Assembly (NCBI GenBank): GCA_030141605.1
Contig: JAQGDQ010000265.1
Span: forward strand, 62,001-126,000
Direction: 5' to 3'
From: Tubiluchus corallicola
Taxonomy: Eukaryota; Animalia; Priapulida
Length of the DNA: 64,000 bases
The notes under the pieces were generated by a model. The model made no database searches, was not told the DNA's origin, and saw only the letters and a program-made list of their open reading frames with translations. Below are positions 12,801-24,800 of this stretch, piece by piece (position 1 is the stretch's first letter; every line of letters begins with the position of its first letter). A program made the position numbers and the translations under genes.

Positions 12801-15800
12801 ATGACCCTGCGAAAAATGAGGAAAGGAGGCTGATAGTATTTATTTTGATCAACAAAAGTTAACAGATTGAAGTTGAATGACCATGAGACATCATGGCAGA
12901 ACATTTGGCAGTGTGTCAGCACTCTATGTTGGAAACGAATTTTAGACTAATTGAAGTGCAAGTGTTGAAAATTTATGTTTACGACACTCGTAAGTAATGT
13001 ACTGTTTCACTTGTGTGTGCTTTGTATTGTAGAACTCACATAATCAGAAAAAGGAAAGATCATGCACATCAGGTAGCCCTGGGCTGACTAAACAATATCT
13101 TTATGGAGGCAACTCAAAATCACTTGGGACTAGGTATTTATATAAATGCAAATGTCAAAGAACTGCACCAGCACCATTGACTCGCAGGCTAGATAATATA
13201 TACACATTGTTGCATCATCAAGTATTTGATTATACCGGTAGATGTCGACTTACAGACGTCGGTTTACGACCTATGCGACTTGTGACTTTACGAACCACCC
13301 GCAACTTGATTAATTATACAAATTAGACTATAACTCGTATATTTCTTTCTATTTTTTTAAATAAACTAACTTTCAGTTGGTATCTGTTTGGCAAATTAAA
13401 CGTAGGCGCCACCAAATTTTGTGAGTACATCAACACACAACATCTTCCGTGTAGTGCACCGCTAGAATATACGGGTCTGACCTGCGTCCAATTCGTCTTA
13501 CGGCCAGTCCGCTGGTCTCGACTGTAATTGTAAGATGACGACTACCTGTACTGCCTGACTGACCAAAATTTGCAAGTAAGGGGCAGAATCATGAGCTTAC
13601 TACTGTTGAGTTCCAAACCTAATAATAAACTTGGAATTTCAATGATTGGTTGTAAAAACATTTGCAAACAATTTTACTTAATCGTGAAGCTTTTGAAGAA
13701 AATTTCTGGAAAATTATAGTATCAAATGTAAACGATAAATGTATTAAAAGACGAGAATCACAGATCAATATTTCAGAAACCTAAAGGTAGCCATTTTCAA
13801 GAATATTTTCAAGTTTAAAGCTTAATGTGAGTCAAGGCTATAATGGATTGAATAACTTTTCTTGATCATTGTTGTTAAGTTCAGTTAACTTATCTTGTTT
13901 CAGGCGAGGATTTGTTCCTCCAGTCAATCGATTGGAAAATGACAGGTATGAAACTTGCTTCAAAATTGTCTACAGTTTTCTTGAGAAGCGTGTTTTTTTT
14001 TGCATGGGAGCCTATGAAATAAGACTTATTCGTTGAGCAATGTGCAAGTAGTGTTTTAGTGGGTTTTCTTTAATTAAGTCAACACAAGAATATTTGAAAT
14101 AGTATTTTGACGTCATTAAATTTCATTTTACATTTTGTTTCTCTGCATGCTAGGCACTTTGGTAAAATACTAGGTTTGTAAGTACATAACTATATTTTTA
14201 ACATATAGTCTATACCAGTAATTATTATAAATCACTTTGCTAAATTGATTAGGTTTTAGGCTCTAAATGGTTTCATAAGTAAACTAATCTGTTTACTAAG
14301 CTAACCAAACAGTTTGCTATCATGTTATTACCATAGAAAGAATACCATACATACATTGCCATTCACTACATACGTTTTGAGATGTAAATGAAACATCACA
14401 ACAGTAGCAGTTCTAAATACTGGTGCAAAAAGTGATACATAACCGTGCCAATTACTTGTACTACAATTGGTTTAATGATTATCAATGAAATTTGATGCTT
14501 GAAAAGTGTTCAGATTTCTAAAGCAGAACCTGTAGCAACAGAACTGCTGCACAGAATGCGTGTCTAGGAATTTGCTCATGTATTTGTAAAAAAAAACACT
14601 GCACAGAAGATTTCTTAGTCATTCGTCCTCATAAAAGATTTTGGTGAAGAGCTGTATTTGTTAGTCATTTTCCAATTGCCAAAACAAATCCAGCTGAAGT
14701 TACAAGTCACAACACCTGTAAACACCTGTTATAAAACACCTGTAACACATTATTGCTTAAGTCATTTAGCTAGACAAATTGCTAGAAAAAAGGCATTGCT
14801 GCATTAACTTATAATATATATGGTAAATATTATTGACAGATTTTTGTGATACCTTTTGGCAACTTAGCATAAATAGCTATAAACAATAATGAAACTTAAC
14901 CATGGGATTCGTGCCTCTGCATTATTGGATTTAACAGTAAAGTGGCATTGTATATCCATAGTTCAACACCGCTGTGTTTCAGTTTTTATTTGGTTATCTA
15001 GAAATGGTTGCATGCTGGTTCGAGACAAACACGAAATAGGAGATGGAGGGAATGAAGAACAGGAATTTGATGAGCGTCTCAAAAATATTGAACCGAAGAT
15101 GATTAGCCGCATACAAGCTGAGGTAGGATTCATCATGCTGGTTTCCTAATAATTGGGTTTGGTGGATTCAAGTGTACCTGTAGATGAGCATATGGTGTTT
15201 TAGTTGTTTTTCTTTCAGTCAACATTTAATAACATCTTTGCATCAAACTGAAGATCAAAAATAACATTTCCACATCATTAAATTTCTTTCGCCATTTATT
15301 TTCTATGCATGCTAGAAAAGCATTCAGATGTATTGCAAGAAGTCTGCAACCTTCGGTGCCAGTTCTCTAGAATTTGCAAAGAACCATAATGGAAAACAAC
15401 AGACATCAGATTTGAGTACATTGTTTTTTCTGTTATTTATTTATGCAACTAACCAAATGAATCTATTGTATTACAATAATTCGAAATAAATTATGTGTAT
15501 AATAAACACAGATACCCAAGCATACATGCAGATGCACATAGGAAACACCAAGTACTGATGCATGAACATGAACACAACTTATGGACCTCCAATTTTCCAT
15601 TTCAAAATTGACCAAATTCTGTTTCAAGGCATGCTCGTCACAGAAATTAAAAGCTGCATGGTCCTATAACTAGAATTTATCATCAATTTATGTAACGTGT
15701 GACAGATTATAAATAAAAAAATAAATTCTTATATGAATTAGCTATGTAGTCTATCAGGCATTTGCGTTTGGCTTTGCAGGACATAAGAACGTCAATATTT

Positions 15801-18800
15801 AATTTGCACGTTAACAATATCTCATCATATTTGTATCATCGGGAAATTTCCTGGCTCTTCCCAAGCACACACACACACACATCAACATCACGAGACTGTG
15901 CAGATCGTTTTACTTTTTTGGCTGAACATCACTGGCATCGACCATTTTAAAAGTTGGACTAAACATCCAACATTTCTTGTGTCAAAAAGAGAGTGAAAGG
16001 ACGTAGTGGGTGTGCAAGTTGCATAAAAAACTCCAGGATGAACTTCTAACAAGGTCGAGAAAGGCTGAAAAACTGCTTTGTTTTGCTGAAAAGTAACTAT
16101 TGAAGTAAATTTCCTTTCTAGCACGCGTTGAATTTACGGAAAAGTCCGAAATCAGGCCAATTCCATTTTTCATAGCTATTTTGATCTCACGTGCCCATTT
16201 CCGTGAATTCCGTACATTTTGAATGATTGCGGAAAATCTGAGGCCCTAAACTTAGTGTAGTTCTAATTCTTGTAAATGTATTGGGCTGTTGGCTAAACAT
16301 CATTGATTCATTGAAACTAATTACGCAACTTTATGGGAGTTATTTTTAATAACATTGTTTTTACTACTAGTGAGAGGCATTCTTGATTTTAAAATTCTGT
16401 ACAATTCTTTGTACTAGCAAAAAACGGTTCTCTAAAACATGCCACTACAGTTGCTATGTAGCACATGTCCAAAATGACTCGCCTAAAACATGGATGTAAA
16501 AGTGTCATCTGAATGTCCAATTGCATTGATTTGTTTGCTCTTTGAAATAAGTATACATCGTGTAAATCGTTCTGCATCTTTTTCTGCTCAAATGTTGTGC
16601 TCTGTTTAAAAGCTTAACTCTTCCATTCAGTTTCCTAACAGTTTCCAATCAAATTGTGCAATATTTTGGCATTTTTCAGTAAGAGCATTAGCATGAAGTA
16701 AATATAAAATTATGTTTGTTACATGCACTTTTGGTAGAACATTTTAAGTGCATCTTTCAACTTGCAGCTTAATTCCATCCTTGGGATATAAAAATCCACC
16801 AAGTTTCATTTTACTCATATCAATGTGTGTATCACTGCATGTAACAAATTTGTACTTTCTCAGTATGTATGCCATGCACATTTTTGCTTCCATTAGTGCA
16901 AATCGGAAACCGATGCAGTTTCGAGGACCCACACCAAATGGTACAAATGTACACGGAGAAATTTTATGCCTTTCTTCTGGGGACCACCTATTAGGATTAA
17001 AAGTGTGTGGATTGGGCCAGTACTCTTCGTCATGGTGGAGTGAGTACACTGGTACAGCAATACTCACACCTTTGGGGAAGTCATACCCGGCCATGTGGAA
17101 ATCCGCTGATGCAACCCTCTCTATTCTGAGAGCAGGTGGATACATCCTTAGAGTTTCATTTGTAACCATATCCAGTACTTCAAGCTGATTTACGTTGTTA
17201 TAATTAATTTCTCCATCACCAATAATATTTTCTATTTCATCATGAACTTTTTCTTGCCATTCTGGATGTACTGCCATGCAGTATGCTAGCCATGCGAGCA
17301 ACGTTCCCGTTGTTTCGTATCCTGCTAGAAAAAATATCACTGCATTGGCCAGTATTTGGTCATCTGTCAAACCTTTTTTCGCAATATCCTCATTTTCAAT
17401 TTCTTTGTGAACATCTAGCATCAGTTGTAAAAAGTCTGGGCGATATTCTTTCTGATTTCTGCGCATTTCCAGAACACGCTTTGTAGATTCATGAAAGAAC
17501 TTGAACGGCTCCGTTGGGAAGAATGAAATCCTGGAAACCTTCGCAATGAAGAATGAAAGGGCCGGAAAAAAGATGAAGATCAGCATATTTATGCTAAACA
17601 GGGAGAAATCAAATGCTTTTTTGGCATGCCGAACAAATGGATTATCAGGATCATCCTGAGAGTTTAGTTGCAAGCCAAACATGGTACTGGCAATAACATC
17701 TAAGGAATAAGAACCGAAAATTGACTTAGCTTCGAATGTTTCCTTTTCGTCTGCTAGTTTGCCAAAGTTAGTGAGCGTAACAGATGAACATTGTGCAATT
17801 AACGGAGCCATCTGTTTGAGCCTCGCTGCAGTAAAAGTGGGTGACAATAAAGAGCGGGCTTCTTTCCACTTTTGTCCCGAAGCATTTGAAAGTGCTTCTT
17901 TGATTATTTTTGTCTCGTCGTTAAATAGCTCTTTGAGTTTCTCGTCTTGTCTGTTAATAAACAAGTCATGAGCTTGTTTGATAAAAACTTGTTTTATGAG
18001 CTCTGGTTCAGCGACCATCAATTTTGGATGACGACCAATGAATGCCCCATACAGCCTGCCATACTTTTTACCCCATTCTTCGTCGATCCTGTGCAAGTTT
18101 TTCCTCATGAATGGCAAGAAATTGCCCACCAATGGATATGGTTTGGGACCATCAATGCCAAGGTCTTTCCAGAAGTTAAGATGCCATTTTGAATACAGGT
18201 AGATCAGAGTCAAAATGATGATTAACAGCAGAAGCCAATCTGATACGTAATAGCCTAGTGCATACATGTCTTTTTCAGGTTTAGCAATCCTTTTGCTTTA
18301 CATGCGTTTTCGGCTGATCTGAAAAACGATACGATATGTACACAAATCGGCTAATGAATAGTTTATTAAAAACATGCTGTTAAATATTATCATAGAACTA
18401 CATTGCTGAATATTATAGTGTGCACCCTGTTCATCTTATCATCTGAGAATTCCTTCCGGTTAGTCTCCTGACTGTAATGCAGGAATGGATAGCAATAAAA
18501 GTAAATATCTTCATTACGTTGTGCAAAATGTTTTTTGTGACACAATTATAGATTTCCATCCAGTGCTCTATTAATACATTAAGGAGTTGTTTCTTTTGCT
18601 GAAAATAGTCAAATCTTTTTTCACATCTAATTGTGAAAACTATAAATATTGTGAATACCCAATTATGGAAATAAAAGCAGTAAATAAGTAATCAAATTAA
18701 GATAATTAAAAGTAGTCATTTCTTTTACTGGAAATAGTCATATTTTCTACATACCTTTTTCTGATCATGGAAACTACAATAATTATGGAAAACTTTTTCT

Positions 18801-21800
18801 TTTTTCGATACATATTGTGCTACCTTATAAATATGAGTTGTTTTTATCAGCAAATAAGTAGTGTCTGTCATTTCTACATTGTTCATAGTGAAATTATATC
18901 TAAAAAAACATTTTACTGTTGCCATCTGTTAGTGAAATAAACTCACTGCCATGTGCTTGTCTCATTTTTCATTGCGGATTGTAAAAAAAAACTATTAAGA
19001 TAATTAATAACTCTAGGTTCTATGAAATTTCAGCAGCTGTTTAATGAATCTAATTTTGTTTCACTGAAATCACGGATAAGCAGGAAAACAAAGGTCAGCA
19101 GGTGCTTTTGAAATCATCAAATTCATTGCCATTGTGTTCTTAAATTGATCACATGATAAAGAAATGAATATTATATGTGCAGTTAGTTCATATCTATTTA
19201 TCTTCACCAATTAGCTGCAGAACAGGGGCGGAACTAGGGGGGGAGGGGAAGGGGCGCGCTACCGTCCATTGCACACATAGCAAGTGGACAAACAATTTTT
19301 TTTGCAGTAGCCCAGTAATATTTTTTATCATTAAAGTTTGTCACCGAGTTAAATTATTCTGACTGTTAATATGTGCCTGACCAGATGTGTTTACCTGAAA
19401 GTCAGGATGTAGTTAATTTGTTTGCATGTAATCTATTCAGGAGGCAGGCAGGAACAGTTAACAAAGCAGCTCGTTTAGTAGCATTAGCGTCTTTGCACAA
19501 AAGACTGTTAGTTAACAAAACGGCTCAGTTAGCACTCGAGCTTCATTCAGCAGTGTGTTATAATAGTGAACAAGTGAAATAATAGAGCGAAAACAATGCA
19601 AACATTGAAGTTATGTTGAGCTACCCTAGTACCAGAGAGTCAGTTTGTCCAGCTCGCCTAGTATCAGAGAGTCAGTTTGTCCAGCTAGCCTAGTACCAGA
19701 GAGTCGGTTTGGGAGATACAAATTGATGAGCCACAGCTCAGCCACCTCGTGATTGGACATTACCGACTCTTTGCTACTCCTTAGCGACTCTTTCCCACGA
19801 GTTTGCTGCATAAAAGGGCGTGATTTTTGAGCAGATTTCATCATTTTTCTCCTGCTAGTAGAATCTCTGCTAGTTTTCGCTGCGATTTCAGCTGTTGTTT
19901 CATCTTGTTGACAAACAGGAATTTTCACGTGATTACATGTTACATCATGTCTGGGAATAGGGAAGACGACAAAGTTGTACCACCTAGAAAACGGCAGAAA
20001 ACTTTAGACTTTTTTATCCAAGGAGGAAGTAAAAAGGAATCAGCATGTAAAGATGCAGAAGACGAGAAACAACCGGAGTCTTCTACTCAGAACATAAGAG
20101 CAAATGACTTGGGGCCTGTGTCTGAGAAACCACGGCAACCACACATGACGAAATATCCGAAAACTGGCCAAGGAAAGAATGCTCGTTCTTTTGAGTATAG
20201 TTGGTTCGGGAAACACTCATGGCTGGAGTACTCAAAGCAGACAGACGCAGCATTTTGTTTTGCATGCAGGCATTTTGGTAAACAAAGACAGATTACTTGG
20301 ACTGAAGTCGGATTTAAAAAATGGAAAGATGCAATGCATGATAGGCAAAAGCACGAAGAGACGGAATCACACAAGGACAGCATGTCAATGTGGGCCGTCT
20401 TCAAAAGCAGTAGCAAAACAGGTGACGTTCAAAAACGGATGGAACTTGCGTGCGCAAAACAGGATGAGGAAAAAAGACAGTACGTACGCAGAATTATAGC
20501 TACTGTAGAACTGTGCGCAAAACAGTGTCTTCCCCTGCGTGGTCACATCGAAACAGAAGTCAGCTCGGCCAAAGGAAATTTTCTTGAACTGCTCGCATAT
20601 CTGAAAAAGTTTGATCCATTTCTGCAAACTTACACTCCACCAAAGAATGCCACGTATGCGAGTGGGAAAATTCAAAACGAGGTCTTAGATATCATGTCTC
20701 ATGAAATTCTGTCAGAAGTGGTTCAAAGAGTGAAGAAGTCGGGGTGTTATGCAATCATGGCAGATGAAGCAAGAGATGGAAGGAGAGAATTGCTAGCACT
20801 GTGTGTGAGATTTCTCAATGTTGACAATGGTAATGTAGAGGAACATTTAGTAGGTTTTGACAGGTTAGAAGCGTTTGATGCCAATTCAATCACGCAGCAT
20901 ATCATGAAGTGCCTTGATAAACTGAAGATTGACGTGGCTACGTGTGTGGCACAGAGTTACGATGGCGCTAGTGTGATGAGTGGCACTGACGGCGGCGTTC
21001 AAGCCAAATTCAGAGAAACTAATGAGGCTGCGGTGTATGTCCACTGTTGCGGACATCAACTCAACTTGGTCATCAGACACACGTGCGAATGTGTTCCGGA
21101 GGTCAAAGACTTCTTCAGTACAATGGAAAATGTATACACATTCTTCAAAAAGTCACTAGTCTGCCACGGAATGTTGGAAGAAGTTAAAAGAGAACTGGGA
21201 TTGTCAGGCGTCGGCGAATTAACACAGATATCAGAAACAAGGTGGGCGTGTCAAATCAGAGCATGCAAAGCAATGAAGAAGAACTACAAGGCGGTAGTTC
21301 AATGTTTGGAAGGAATTGATGAGCCCGTTGCAGTTGGGTTGCTACAAAAACTGACCCGAAAAAAGTTTGTGTACTGTTTGTTTCTTTTTGAGATGCTACT
21401 CGGTACATGTGAAGTGTTGCACAAATTCCTCCAAACAACGGACATCGATTTACTTCAGGCTGAAACGTACAAAAATGACGTGTGCGAGGAGTTGAGATCA
21501 TTGCGTGACGTTGACAAATCAAACGAACTGGTGGCCAATGTCGAAGCTTTTGTCAGTGACCTTGATGTCGAACTAACCACTGATCGCAAACGGCAGAATA
21601 AACCGAGGAGTGGCTTACACGATTTTTTTGTCACTGCAAACATTGGATTTGCAAATAGCGTCTTGGGTGATAATGTAGACCTTCATCGAAACATCATGCT
21701 GCCATGTGTCGATAGAATTGTAGCAGAAATCGAGGCGCGATTTTGTTCACTTGATCCTGAAATTCTCCGTGGAGTATCAGCACTTCACCCAACATCTGAA

Positions 21801-24800
21801 AATTTCTTGAGTATTGAGGATCTGACAAGTTTTGCTGAACACTACAATATTCAGACTGACATGCTAAAAACAGAGACTGTGATGGCCAAAAGAGTACTTG
21901 GTCGAGTTGAGGAACCAACAATATTATCCCTTTGGAAGGTGCTCGACGGTGATTTGTTTCCCATTCTAAAACGTGTTCTTCAGATTGGAGTCACTATTCC
22001 AGTCACTAGCTGCTCATGTGAACGGTGTTTCAGTGTTTTGCGAAGGTTGCATTCGTGGCTCCGTCGAACAATGAGGGAGGAACGGTTAAATCATTTGGCA
22101 GTCATTCACATTGAGCGAGATGTGTACGATGAGTGTGTGTCGGAAAACAAAGTCATCGACACGTTTTTAGCAAAAGACCTGCGACGTTAAAATTATGACA
22201 CATACTTAAACTTGACATAATAATGTAATATTTCCTGCTTATTATTTTCTTAAAATTTGTGTATGATAAATTTTTGTAAATAACAATTTAGTAAATAATT
22301 TTTGTAAATGACATAAAAATTAAACTTAACACAATAATATAATATTTCCTGCGTATTATTTTCTTAAAATTTGTGTATGATAAATTTACCGTTAGGTTAA
22401 CTGAGAGGCCTGCATGCAGTATAAAAGGGGTTAAAAATTGGCTTAACGACTGGGGATACCTCGCCCCCCCCCAGAAAATTTTTGCGCCCCCCCCCCTGCT
22501 TGCCACATCTAGTTCCGCCCCTGCTGCAGAATGTTAGTCACGTTTATTTATGCGACCAGTGTTTCTAATGGAGCGTTCAGACTAGCGAGTTTTCTTGTCA
22601 AGTTAACTCGCCAAGTAACGTGCAAGCATGTTCAGTCTAGAGAGCAAAACTTGCTGCGAGCTACTCTCCGATAGTAAGCGCGAGCTGACACTCACTTCTC
22701 TATTCATTGCGAGAAGAGTTGAGAGTAACTCGCCGAGGCGTTAACACTAGACAGCACCTCGCAACAACTATCGGACAGTTTGCAATAACTTGTCGGCAGT
22801 AATCGCAGAGTATTTCACACTTGTGAGTTTGCTGTCAGAGAGAAACTCATAACAGATAACTCGCTGGTCTGAACGCGCCACTCAGACTATTTAGCTTCTG
22901 ACTAATTACTGTAAATTGCCTAAGTGATTAACTCGTTACAATAGTTAAAAATGTTGCTATTCTAGTTCTAAACAAGTTGTACGGCCTGTACTGTCTCGTA
23001 AGGTCACTTACCTGGATTGATGCTCATTAGCCTCTATTCTCTCTATGCATGCTAACGTTACAAAGCAATTTACACTCTACTGCTTCCTCGCTGGCTGTCT
23101 TTGACATTCAAAATGTGGCTATGTTGGCCATGCAATACAATAAATGCACGCTTGTACACTTAAACATTTCGTATTGTGAACTTTGCACATTCTCTGCTTT
23201 GCGCAACTCTCACACACTTATTTTCAAGCCCACCAAACTCTGCTAGATTTTCAAGGACACATTGCAGTAGCTGCATGCAATATTTATTCTCTATGCATTT
23301 CCTGCTTGCTACGTGTACTAAAGTTGCAAAGCAGACATGGCTCAGTTAGAAAGTGTAAACTATTAAATAGGCGTCTATTTATTTTTTGTAATTTGTATGA
23401 AGTATTATAATAGTATATGTCTGTCCATTTCTGCGTATTCATATAGCATTTTAGCTGCTTGAAATACAACTGATAATAAAAAAAGATTAAGATTAATGTG
23501 TGCTTTACAATTGGCAAATTAAAAACTGTATTATTGTAAAATACTGTTTGGCCTCTACCACACTATTGTAGAATGTCCTAATAGAGGTTATTTCATGCCC
23601 TCTTTAACAGCTCTTTGATTGAATGAATTTGAATAATAATTTAAGAAGGCAACTCAATACAGAATCAAAAAATAATAATTAATTTTCTTTGAAACAATCC
23701 TTTTTGTTGTTATTATATTTGTGTGTATAAAACGCTTGTGTGCTGTGAAAGTAATGTTTTATTTGTAGCAATATAGTCATTATTAATAGAAAGAGATTTA
23801 TTCTTTCTTCAACACACTACCAAAGGAAATTTATTGAAATCTGTGTTAAACCCTGTAGGCAATTCAGTTCTAAAGATGCAGAAAACAAGTCTAGGTGCAG
23901 GGCCTGATACAAGTTAGTCTGGTACCAGTATAGTAAATGACAGAGTTATATTCTTTAAACATTACTTAATTGTTGCAATAAATTGATTAATTAGTTTTAA
24001 TTAAACTACATGTATGTGCATTTGTTTTGTTAGATTATGGACCATAATGCTTCTGTATGTTGGGATGACATTGCAGGGTTGGAATTCGCAAAGAAAACAA
24101 TTAAAGAGATTGTTATTTGGCCAATGCTACGTCCGTAAGTCTTAATGTAATGTATGTAATGTTGTTACATTTATCATTAAAATTAATTCTGCTACAAACA
24201 AAAATTATTGAACATTTTATCAATCATTTCCTAATGGAATTTGCCCTCATTATTGAAATCAAACTTGTTGAAATGAGCTTTCATTTTTTTACCACACCAT
24301 TAAATTACAAGTCACTTCTATGACCACTAAACCACTCGGCTCCGAAATTGCATCATTAATCAGCAAGCTTGAGTTAATTTTTTACTAGATAGCCATTTTT
24401 CATTTAATTTCATATTATATGGTGCACCCATGGCATATAACAATCACGTAAAATAATATGATTAAAATCACAAGTTCATTATATGTATATGGTAGTTTAA
24501 GTAAGAACAAAGTAAAATTTTCATCATTGTGTAGCTAAAACATAAGAGGATTAGTTGTGTGAAAATGGGAAGTGCCACAATAACATAAGTTATCTTTAAT
24601 CTAATCAGTAATTATTATTTTTGCAGAGATATATTCACTGGACTTAGAGGACCACCAAAAGGTTTATTATTGTTTGGACCACCAGGAACTGGAAAAACAT
24701 TAATCGGTAAATGTCCTTTTATTTTAAACAATCATTTGGCCATGTTAATGTATGTAAGGTGATTTAAAACACGTGTTAAAATACAATGCTTTTTCTCTAT

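Larger units (their letters stand above)
19223..22523 (+). mobile_element. Full-length hAT DNA transposon (3301 bp)
   Basis: Perfect 15-bp TIRs CAGGGGCGGAACTAG (19223-19237) / CTAGTTCCGCCCCTG (22509-22523). Perfect 8-bp TSD CTGCAGAA (19215-19222, 22524-22531). Intact transposase ORF inside. Confidence 0.96.

Noticed and set aside
19625-19710. CRISPR-like array
   Set aside because: Head-to-tail repeats with no unique spacers, inside a eukaryotic transposon.
19827-19946. N-terminal 40 aa of the 787-aa transposase ORF
   Set aside because: The ORF track starts at a non-ATG codon; the first ATG is at 19947.
19947-22190. Domesticated host gene (ZMYM1/THAP12-like)
   Set aside because: It is bounded by perfect TIRs and an 8-bp TSD, so it is a transposon.
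23004-23030. U1 snRNA 5' end (ACTTACCTGG)
   Set aside because: The downstream sequence does not continue as U1. It is better read as a minus-strand splice donor CAG|GTAAGT.
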